Shown here piece by piece: positions 13,105 to 23,847 of a DNA stretch of 64,000 bases (positions are counted from its first letter, which is position 1; each line of letters begins with the position of its first letter). The DNA comes from Octopus sinensis. Its lineage: Eukaryota. The stretch spans positions 89,404,001-89,468,000 of the forward strand of contig NC_043004.1 of assembly GCF_006345805.1 (NCBI RefSeq), in the 5' to 3' direction. The position numbers and the translations under genes were made by a program. The notes under the pieces are model-generated. The model did not search any database. It saw only the letters and a list, made by a program, of their open reading frames with translations, and was not told the DNA's origin.

Positions 13105-14429
13105 CTGAAAGCAAAGAAAGATTTATTCAGAGAATGGATTGCATTTTGAAAAGAACAAGACAATACAGTGTAAAAATAAGAAAGGCAGAGATAGAGCTAT
13201 GTGGTTAAGAAGTTTGCTTCCCAACCATATTGTTCTGAGTTCAATCACACTGCAGGACACCTTGGGCAAATGTCTCCTACAAAAGTATATAAATACATGA
13301 GTCTTCTTCTTGGTTTTGTCTACTGAATTCATTCACAAAATTTTGGTTGACTCTAGGTTTTAGTAGAAGACAGCAAAGTGTCCTGCAATGGGGTTGAACC
13401 CCAAACCATATGGTTGGGAAACAAACTTCTGTGCATATGTATGTGTGTGTATGTGCCTGTATGTTTGTTTACATTTGAGCTTTACAAGCAATTATGTTGC
13501 TGTCAGTTCCTCTGTTAAAGAGGCAGCCACCAGCTTCATGTTTCCAAAGACACATGGAATAAAATATCCCTTATTAGAAAGGTAGGTAAGGATTAGCAGC
13601 AGGAAGGACATCCTGAAACTTAGTGGTTCGGCAAAAGAGACTGACAGAATAAGAATCAGGTTTTAAAAAAGAAAATAAGTACTGGGATCGATTCATTCAA
13701 CTAAAAATATTTCAAGGCAGTGCTCCAGCATGGCCAATATCTAATGACTGAAACAAGTAAAAGAATAAAAGAATATAATTCCTAATATTATTTAATTATC
13801 TAAACAGAATCAACTTCACTTCTCATATTTCTATTATTGATCAAACTAAATCCAGTAATACAACAGGATCAAATCAATTGACTGCAAACTCCCACTTAGA
13901 CTCACAAAAATTCTGCCTTATGGGAGGAAAAAAAAGGACATAAAAATCTACAGATGTTGGGATTCACAGAGGGGATGACAAAAGACCGAGACCCCTGGCA
14001 GTTTTCTGTGCTTGAAAAGTCACATCAAGCTAAGTAAAAGCGTGGTTTCCCTTGCTTAGAGGCTCGTCCCCTGCATCCCTCTCCAGCTCAGCATCCCTAA
14101 CCTCACAGGCTCATAAATGCTGGTGCCATATAAAAAGCACCCATGACGGCACTGTGTAAAAGCACCCAATACACTCTGTAACATAGCAGGCCGTAGCAAA
14201 GGCATCCAGCTGTAGAAATCATGCCAAAACAGACACAGCGCCTGAACAACCTTTCAGCTTATCAGCTCCTGTCAAACTGTCCAACCCATGCCAGCATGGA
14301 AAACAGACGTTAAATGATGATGATGACAACTGTTTAAAGATGAAATACAGAAAGACAGACAGACAGATTACATAGCAATTATTTTCAAACGCTTATTCAA
14401 ATGACACAGTATATATGGAAAAGTATGTA

Positions 14430-14995
14430 TTGGGTTGTCCGGAAAGTTCATGCCTATTTATAGTAGCTTACCTTTCAAATTATTTTAGAACATGGTTGAG
14501 TCCAGAAAATAGGATTTGACTACACCTCCATTTAGAGCACAGTTTAAGCTATCTTTTCGTGCAAGAAGGTTTGTGTTCCTATAACCTGTGTTAATTCTGT
14601 AACCCTTTAAAATGGAAGATAAGAAAGTTCATTTTTGGCACTTGATGCTTTGGGAACCAGACGAAAATTACTGCAGCTCGGCTAGGATGTGTTACCCCAC
14701 CCTCCATATTCACCAGATATTGCTCCTTCGTATTTCCACTTATTCAGGTCTCTGCAGAATAGTCTTAATGGTAAAAATTTCAATTCCTTGGATGATGTAA
14801 AAAGATACCTTGATGAATTCTTTGCAATGAAACCCCCTCAATTCTGGGAAGAGGGTATTTTCAAGCTAAAGGAAAGATGGAGATGCAGTGTGCAACAAAA
14901 TGGTTCATATTTGGTTGATTAAAAATGTAATGGCAAGTATTTATTGACCTTTTTATTTCCTTTAAAAATTGGCATGAACTTTCCGGACAACCCAA
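14430..14995 (+). mobile_element. Internally deleted mariner, copy 2 (40 nt from EIF2B2 exon 11)
   Basis: Same TIRs and TA flanks; LPHPPYSPDIAPSYFHLFRSLQNSL...GIFKLKERW = mariner YSPDLAP motif and C-terminus. Confidence 0.92.
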
Positions 14996-15034
14996 TACTA
15001 TGAATAAGTATTCAAAAAAGCATATAATACACAC

Positions 15035-15094
15035 CTGATCATATGAACACAAATACTGAGGAGATAGTTTAAACATTGCAGCAACTACTATCAG
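15035..15094 (-). CDS. EIF2B2: eIF2B beta exon 11
   Basis: LIVVAAMFKLSPQYLCSYDQ vs LIVCAPMFKLSPQF; 60 nt, phase 0-0. Confidence 0.94.
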
Positions 15095-16714
15095 CTAAAA
15101 CAAAAAAAAAGAAGAAAAATTTAATAAATAAATAAATGAAAATCAACAAATGTATTTAGGCATTGAGTGAAAGTATTTAAAAAAATCTGACACTAAGAAA
15201 ATATATAATTCACAGCAAGATATCAGTAAACACCATACTGTTTAAAGTTTCTATATCAAAGAAAATATGAAGCATTACAAAGACAAAAATAGGTTAACTC
15301 TTCTACAGCAAGACACCTTATTTACATTCGACGGATATTTGTCCACACCTTGTTTGTTGTTAACACAACATTTCGCCTGATATGCCTTCCGCCCTTCTTC
15401 AGGTGTCTTGGGGACATTTCGAACCTGGGTTCTCATTCCTAAGGTATTTTTCAATGTTGTTGTTGTTATTATTGTTATTATTATTATTGTTCTTCTTCAG
15501 GTCACTGCTTGGAATCGAACTCAGAATCTTGAGGTTAGTAGCCCGTGCTCTTAACCACCACACCAAATGCCCGTAATTTACTTAGTGACCTTGCCAGTGC
15601 TAGTTCCACATAAAAAACATCCAGTCCACACTGTAAAGTGGTTGGAGTTTGGAAGGGCATCCACTTGTAAAAAAAAGAAAAGCCATACCAAAACTGACCT
15701 CACCTGTGCTGGTGTCATGTTAAAAGCACTCAGTCCAATGTGGAGTGGAGTAGAGTGGTTGGTGATAGGAAGGGCATCCAGCCGTAAAAACCATGCCAAA
15801 ACAAACAGCAAAGCATAGCGCAGTCTTCTGCCTAGTGAGCTCCTTCCAACCCATGGAGGGTGGACATTGAATGATGGTGATGATTTACGGATGATTGTGA
15901 TGTGAAAGCAGCTACTTTCATCATCATCATCACCATTTGATGTCCGCTTTCCATGCTGGCATGGGTTGGATGGTTTGACTCCAATCTGATCTGGCAAGGT
16001 TTCTACAGCTGGATGCCTTTCCTAATGCCAACCACTCCGAGAGTGTAGTAGATGCTGTTTACGTGCCACTGGCATGGGAGCCAGTAGTCAGGGGGCACTG
16101 GCATCGACCATGTTTGGATGGTATGGCGTTAATTGTTGGACTCTAAATGTTTTATCATCATTTTATTTTCATCCACGTTTTCATGCTTGTATGGGCCAAA
16201 TGGATTTTATTGAATAGATTTTTTTATGGATGGATACCCTTCCTGTTGCCAACCCTCACCCATTTTCAAGCAAGTTAATACTATCCCATGACCAGATATG
16301 TTTTCCACAGAAAACTAGAAACAAACAACCCCACTTATATGATGATCATTTACAATCATACACACATGCATGCACATATGCATACATACACACACATATA
16401 TATATATTACACAACAGGCTTTTTTCAGTTTCTACCTAGTAAATGTACTCGCAAGTTTTGGTCAGTTCAGGGCTACAGTGGGTCTGAAACCAAGGCCACA
16501 TGGTTAGGAAGCAAGCCTCTAAACCATTCAGCCACACCTGTAACTATATATTTTTCTAGATATTAAACTTGGATGTGTACAGAAAAATAAGAAATTCACC
16601 ATAAAAATGTCAAATGACAACTGAACCAACATCTCCTGGTTCAAGTCTTAGCTCATTACTTATAAGTGATCACTCAAATAATCCACAGCTTGTGGCTGTT
16701 TGCTATAATAATAA

Positions 16715-16948
16715 AAGGCGGCGAGCTGGCAGAATCATTAGCATGCCGGGTGAAATGCGTAGCCGTATTTCGTCTGCCATTACGTTCTGAGTTCAAATTC
16801 CGCCGAGGTCGACTTTGCCTTTAATCCTTTCGGGGTCGATAAATTAAGTACCAGTTACGCACTGGGGTCGATGTAATCGACTTAATCTCTTTGTCTGTCT
16901 TTGCTTGTCCCCTCTATGTTTATCCCCTTGTGGGCAATAAAGAAATAT
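16715..16948 (+). mobile_element. SINE family B copy (others about 19150-19383, 27388-27618, 46140-46540 dimer, 50370-50600, 57545-57757)
   Basis: GGCGGCGAGCTGGCAGAATC head, GAGTTCAAATTCC B-box, same conserved core. Confidence 0.85.
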
Positions 16949-17249
16949 ATAATAATAGAGTTAAATGGAATTCAACTTTAATATCATCATTTAGAATCAA
17001 AAATTATACAGGTTGTGCAGTCTTTTGGCATCAGCTTATCAGCTCCCCACCAACTTTTTGTTTTGTATATTTAAGCTTTTTTATCATATTTATGGCTGCA
17101 TGGTTTAGAAGTTTACTTCTCAGCCGAATGGTTTGGAGTTCAGTCCCATTGTAAGGTAGTTGTTTGTGCAAGTATCTTCTACCCTAGCCCCAGGCTGACC
17201 AAATCCTTGTGAGTGGATTTGGCTAAGAGAAACTGAAAGAAGCTGATCA

Positions 17250-17610
17250 AGTGGCTGTGTGGTAAGTAGCTTGCTTACCAACCACATGGTTTTGGGTTCA
17301 GTCCCACTGCGTGGCACTTTGGGCAAGTGTCTTCTACTATATCCTCGGGCAGACCAAAGCCTTGTGAGTGGATTTGGTAGACAGAAACTGGTAGGAGCCC
17401 GTCATATATATGTATATATGAATGTGTGTGTGCCTGTGTTTGTCCCCCCAACATCGCCTGACAACTGATGCTGGTGTGTTTACGTCCCCGTAACTTAGCA
17501 GTTCGGCAAAATAGACCAATAGAATAAGTACTAGGCTTACAAAGAATAAGTCCTGGGGTCGATTTGCTCAACTAAAAGCAGTGCTCCAGCATGGCCGCAG
17601 TCAAATGAGT
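17250..17610 (+). mobile_element. SINE family A copy
   Basis: Full head-to-tail match. Confidence 0.85.
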
Positions 17611-17896
17611 AAATGAGTACATGCATATTTTATATATATATATACATTGGTTCGTTTTGTTCTCTTACTTTATTATCATCTTACAATCATCTCATAATAA
17701 TGACCTTTATGACTCGTATTACTACCCCAGTCAATCTAAATGTATATATTTGTCGCTACCTGTCATAAATAGCCTTTTTCTATTTGCAATATGCATTTTC
17801 GTTGATTTTTCATATTTTACCCTTACATTTCCACATGTATTTTATATTTTCTTTTCATAACATATTTCTACTATATATATATATATATATATAAAT

Positions 17897-18071
17897 ATGC
17901 TTGTATGGTTGTGAAGCTGTTTATAACTATCTCATGATGTGAAGAAAAGGAGCCCACACACACTAACTCCCATATATATATTATATATATATATATATAC
18001 GGGGTGTGTGTGGACTCCTTATCATCACATCATGAGATAATTATAGACAACCCTTACTGCCATACAAGCAT
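17897..18071. repeat. Imperfect inverted repeat (about 67-bp arms around a (TA)n spacer)
   Basis: ATGCTTGTATGG...CCACACACAC mirrored by GTGTGTGTGG...CCATACAAGCAT. Confidence 0.85.
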
Positions 18072-18276
18072 GTATACATATACAAACATACATGCATACA
18101 TACAAACGAATAGGTATAGACAGATAGGAAGATATTTAATATACCTAGCTCATCAATAAAATTGGTAAACCCTTTTGTTCCATATTTCTGTTGAAATACA
18201 CTGTCTTTGAAAATAACACAAAATTTAGTAAAACAACTTTGTCACAGGCAGGTTGGTATCAAAAGTGTTAATTTAA

Positions 18277-19090
18277 ATAATAATAATAATAATAATTGTG
18301 TACAGTGCTCAGGTGCACTACAACTCATCTAAAGTGTATATATAATCAGGTGTAGTTTCGGCGGATTTCGGAAAGCATGAGGGCCTTAAAAGATGCAGTG
18401 TCATGGCAGTCAACAACTGACGCAGCAGTTTATTCCATGCTTCAGCAACTCTGGGCGTGAAAAAATGTTTCCGAAAGTCATGGGAGCTGTATTGTTTTCT
18501 GACTTTGTAGGCATGTCCACGTGTGTTAGACACATGGAGATCAAAAAGGTGTTCAGTGTTGTTGTTGGTGAGGTGGTTGATAACTTTGTGGGTGTTTACC
18601 AAGTCCGTCGCCAAACGCCGGAGCTTCAGTGAATCCATGCCCAGCGAAACAAACGCTCAGAATATGGTAGGTGTCTGATGGAGGGTATGCGTTTGGTTGC
18701 ACGTCTCTGGACAGATTCCAGGAGGTCAATGTTCTGTGCAAGATAGGGGTTCCAAACTGATGATGCGAATTCCAAGTGTGGTCGTACCATAGCTGTATAC
18801 AGTTTTAAATAGATGGCTGGAGAGCGGCTAACAAAAGACCTGCTGAGTGATGCCAAGACACCCTCGGCCTTCCTGACAATCTTAGAGATATGCTTTGACC
18901 AACGCAAATCACTGCTGACAGTGATGCCTAGGTCACACTCGCAAGAGGATTTCTTGATATCAGTGTTGTGGAGGGAGTAAGTGAACGCAGGGTTTTTTCT
19001 CCCAAAATGCATGGTGGTACACTTGTCCACAGCCAGTTTCAGTTGCCAGTCTGTGATCCATTGCATCAGGTCACTTTGAAACTGGAAGTA
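18277..19090 (-). mobile_element. 5'-truncated CR1-clade LINE (RT C-terminus, 3'UTR, (ATT)n tail)
   Basis: WQLKLAVDKC...DLGITVSSDLRWSKHI...LYTAMVRPHLEFASSVWNPY...LESVQRRATKRI and, after a 1-bp frameshift near 18640, SLKLRRLATDL...TRGHAYK...FFTPRVAEAWNKL. Confidence 0.93.
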
Positions 19091-19495
19091 TTTATCAAAG
19101 AACCAGGGATAGTCTCATACAGATTGGTATTAAAACAGCTAATTTATATACCTATATCTTTACTACCTACAAGGGGTTAAACACAGAGGGGACAAACAAG
19201 GAGACACATGGATTAAGTCGACTATATCGACCCCAGTGCATAACTGGTACTTATTTAATCGACCTCGAAAGAATGAAAAGCAAAGTTCACCTCGGCGGAA
19301 TTTGAACTCAGAACAAAACCGTAGACAAAATGCCACTAAGCATTTCGCCCGGCGTGCTAACGTTTCTGCCAGCTCGCCGCCTTATATACCATACAGCATG
19401 AACATAGTTTTGTTACTCAGTATCTCAACAAACTTGTAGAGTGTCATCTTCGTGTTTCAATCTAAATTTAAGGTAAGAATAAATATATCACTCAC

Positions 19496-19556
19496 CGGTA
19501 CAGAATGATACTTGGCAGCTAGAGCAATACTGTGACTTCCTTGAACTGCTTTCAGC
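19496..19556 (-). CDS. EIF2B2: eIF2B beta exon 10
   Basis: GLKAVQGSHSIALAAKYHSVP vs [27 protein letters not shown] donor; 61 nt, phase 2-0. Confidence 0.95.
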
Positions 19557-19851
19557 CTACAATAGAAATAGCACAATGTTATGACTCACAGTCTGAGATG
19601 AATCGTTGCTATTAAAATTCAAAATTTCAGTGTTGTTAATAGGTGCTGGCATAGTTGTGTGGTAAAGAAATTTGCTCCCCAAACATGTGATTTTAGGTTC
19701 AGTCCCACTACTTGGTACCTTCACCAAGAGTCTTCTACTACTAAACCCCTAGATCAACCAGGGCTTTGTAAGTGGATATGGTAGAAGCCTGCTACATACT
19801 ACATACATATATATATATATACCGGAAGGTTTGGAGATGATGTACAGGTAT

Positions 19852-20093
19852 TATATATTAGAAGAAATAAGGTACTCAGAAAATCGGATGGTTTATATTT
19901 ACAGATATTTATTTCTATATTACATTTTTTATATATATATCATATCACTTAGATCATTAGCGCTTTCTCTCATTCTAGTGGGGTTGGGAGAAAGCGCTAA
20001 TGATCTAAGTGATATGATATATATATAAAAAATGTAATATACAAATAAATATCTGTAAATATAAACCATCCGATTTTCTGAGTACCTCATTTC

Positions 20094-20105
<12 letters not shown>
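19852..20105. repeat. 254-bp palindrome (118-bp arms, 18-nt loop, 2 mismatches)
   Basis: Arms 19852-19969 and 19988-20105. Confidence 0.95.
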
Positions 20106-20132
<27 letters not shown>

Positions 20133-20793
20133 GTACTTGGCCATAGGAAAAAAATCTGCCTCAATGAATTCTTTATAATCCATGTAAGCTTGGGAAAGTG
20201 ATGACGATAACTCTTTTGTTACATTTCTAATTAAACAAGCTATATGCACGGCTCCATTAATTCTGGATAAACAATCAAGAAACGGCTGCATTTAATAAAA
20301 TAACTTTTACATTTACATTCATAAATGAACAATGATATGTACATTCTTTTATTTATTTCAGTTACTTGATTGTGGCCATGCTGGAGCACGACCTTTAGTC
20401 GAGCAAATCAACCCCAGGACTTATTCTATTGGTCTCTTTTGCCAAACCACTAAGTTACAGGGACATAGACACACCAGCATCAGTTGTCAAGCGATGGTGG
20501 GGGGACAAACACAGACACACACATTATTTATATATATATATATACATTACTTTTCTCTCAAGGTACTTACACTCTGTCAAGTATGCACATTGACATTACA
20601 CATGCGTCGGAGCATATTAGCTTCATTCCTTGCAAGCTTATGCATGTCCTCAGCAGTCACGGCCCATGTTTCACTGCCATGGAGCATGGCTGTTTGTACA
20701 CATGTGTCATACAGTCTGCCTTTTACTCATGACTCCACTATAAACATTATGAAGGAAAAAGTAAGAGAGAGAGAAAGAACAGTGTATACTAAC

Positions 20794-20927
20794 CCTCCAT
20801 TTGCTAATACTGTATGAGTTCCAATAATTACTTTGTTCACCCGAGACATCATAGCAAATACAGCAGAATCGGTGATCAATGTAGTTTCTATGTTGCTGGC
20901 AGCCAAACTCTTGGCCATTTTTTGACC
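20794..20927 (-). CDS. EIF2B2: eIF2B beta exon 9
   Basis: [44 protein letters not shown](G), diagnostic IF-2B domain segment; 134 nt, phase 0-2. Confidence 0.97.
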
Positions 20928-21147
20928 CTGTTGAAAATTTAAAAGAAAAAATGAAAAAAAAAAAATTTCATTAGGAAATCTTCAGAAAATAAAAATGACA
21001 ATCCTACAAGAAATATTTTATAAAAATGTTCACTAAACACTATACTGTTATACTGATAATGATTTCAATGTCAGAGTGTAATTTAGTTATGATACAGTGT
21101 ATGACTGAATAATTAAACACTAATGCTAGAAATCATAAACAACTTAC

Positions 21148-21207
21148 GTGGAAAAACGGTGCTCCTTCAGTTACCATGACCTGGAATTTTCGTTTCCGAG
21201 CTGCACT
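21148..21207 (-). CDS. EIF2B2: eIF2B beta exon 8
   Basis: SAARKRKFQVMVTEGAPFFH vs [20 protein letters not shown]; 60 nt, phase 0-0. Confidence 0.95.
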
Positions 21208-21703
21208 CTAGTGAAAAACAAAAACAAATACAAGTATATCAGATGGTGAAGGACTTTAAAAAATAGTAAGATACTATACTAGAAGAGATACATCTATTCC
21301 CTGTCAGTATGTAAGGATGAATATAAATGAAGAATACGATAATGACTTTTATGGTGATAGTAAGTATGTAAACAAAACATTCCGGAAGGTAATTATATAA
21401 ATACCATTATCATAGGCACAGGTGTGCCTGTGTGGTAAAATGCTTGCTTCCCAACCACATGGTTCTGGGTTCAGCCCCACTATATGGCACCTTGGGTGTC
21501 TTCTAATTATAGCCTCAGCAGCCATGCTGGGACACCAATCTGAAGAATATTAGCTGAATGAATCAACCCATGTACTTATTTTTTTTTGTAATTCCACCCT
21601 GGTAATTATTCTATTGGTCACTTTTGCTGAACCACTAAGTTACGGGAATGCAAACACACCAACACTGGTTGCCAAGTGATGGTGGGGGACAGACAAAGAC
21701 ACA

Positions 21704-21750
<47 letters not shown>

Positions 21751-23376
21751 ATATAGGATGGGCTTCTTTCAGTTTCTGTCTACCAAATCCACTCACAGGG
21801 TTTTGGTCAGCCCAAGGCTCTAGCAGAAAATACTTGCCCAAGACACCACACAGTGGGACTGAACCTAGAACCACGTGGTTGAGAAGCAAACTTCTTACTA
21901 CACAGCCACACTTGCAATGATAAAAATTGTTATTTTTTTGTCTAAGACTGAAGTGTCATTGTGGAAATGATTTTAACACCGTGCCGGTGGCACGTAAAGG
22001 GCTCCATCCGATTGTGACAGTTGCCAGCCTCCTCTGGCCCCTGTGCTGGTGGTACATAAAAAGCACCCACTACACTCTCAGAGTGGTTGGCGTTAGGAAG
22101 GGCGTCCAGCTATAGAAACACTGCCAGATCAGACTGGAGTCCGGTGCAGCCTCCAGGCTTCCTAGACCCCAGTCGAACCATCCAACCCATGCTAGCATGG
22201 AAAGCAGACGTTAAACGATGATGTTGATGATGACATACACACACACACAAACACATTCTATTATCAACTCACTTATTTCTTTTTTACAACTTTGAAGTCT
22301 TTTTCATCTACAACCTGGCTGAAGATTCTCACTTTTTGTCTGCATATGAGGATTTTATTTTTAAAAATAATCATATCTGTTCCAATATACATATTATTAA
22401 GTTTCTATCATAGTATCTCTGGTAAAACATATGACTGAACTTTCTCACTACAGTTAAACAATGAAGCTAGTATCTAGACACAAATGAAAGCATCAAGAAT
22501 TGTAGTTTCTACATGTTTTTAGAAGTGCATTGACAATACAAATGAAATGAGACACTTAATATATAAACTAGGTCATAAACTTCACTCAACAAGAGCTCAC
22601 TTTTAAGTGATTCAGAAAATATTTTGGGTCAAATACTGAGATCAGTTTCAATGGGATTAGTTAAAAGAAGTTTATAAAAAGCACCAGGCTATGTAGACAC
22701 TTATTGAAAACAATGTAGATTACCTACAGTAACAATATCATTATGAACTGCTCTGCAAAGAGAAAAAGGTTCAATGGGAAAAGGAATCACAGAAGCTCTT
22801 AAAATGATATCATTTATCTTTATCTTTTGTTTCGGTCATTAGAGTGCGGTAATGCTGGGGCACCACATTGGAGGGTTTAGTTGACCAAATCAACCCCAAG
22901 TACTTTTTGTTAAGTGTAGTACTTATTCTACCATGTCCTTTTGTCAAACTGCCAAGTTACGGGGACGTAAACAAACCAACACCAATTATCAGTGGTCGGG
23001 GACAAACACACAGACGCACATGCACACACACAAACACATACAACAGGCTTCTTTCAGTTTCTCTCTACCAAATTCAATCACAAGGCCTTTGTTGGCCTGG
23101 GGCTATAGTAGAAAAATGCTCGCCCAAGGTGCCATACAGTGGGTCTGAACCCAGAACCATGTGGTTGGGGAGCAATCTTCTTACCACACAGCCACATATC
23201 CATTTGTAGATTTAATCTTCAAAGTAATTAAGTTTTAGTAAACTTGGTACAAGACAGAGTTAGGGTTTGCATCAGACCATGGAACTACAAATGCCATACT
23301 TCTGATAAGAAAGTTATAAGAAGAATTCTTAGCAAAAGATCAAACAACTCTATATTTGTACTTGTCAACCTAGAGA

Positions 23377-23847
23377 CGTATGAGATGGCTTGGGCATGAG
23401 AGCCGTATGAAAGATGGCAGAATCCCCAAGGACATACTCTACGGACAGCTTGCTAGGGGTACTAGGTCTGTGGGTAGACCACTCCTACGTTACAAGGATG
23501 TTTGCAAAAGGGACATGAAGGCCTGCAACATCAATATTAGTGGTTGGGAGGCAGTTGCCGGCAACCGTGGAGAATGGCAACATACCGTAAGAGAGGGAAT
23601 ACAAAGGAGTGACAGAGAGAGAGAGGAGAAATGGAAAGACAAGAAAAGACGTCAACAAGAAACTATGGCATTACAACCAGCCAGGAACAGTCTTCGCTAC
23701 ATTTGCGGTACCTGCCAGAGGGAGTGTTTGTCCAGGATAGGACTACACAGCCACAGCAGGAAATGTATCAGGACATGAAATGTAAAAGCCGGACTAGACT
23801 ACTTTATGCACAACTCCATTGTCTCCCGAGACAAAAAGGATGCCAAC
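23377..23847 (+). mobile_element. 5'-truncated RTE-clade LINE 3' end with 11-bp TSD
   Basis: MRWLGHESRMKDGRIPKDILYGQLARGTRSVGRPLLRYKDVCKRDMK...CGTCQRECLSRIGLHSH; TSD CAACCTAGAGA at 23366-23376 and 23848-23858. Confidence 0.92.

Noticed and set aside
12943-13149. Protein-looking plus-strand [17 protein letters not shown]...
   Set aside because: Antisense shadow of EIF2B2 exon 12
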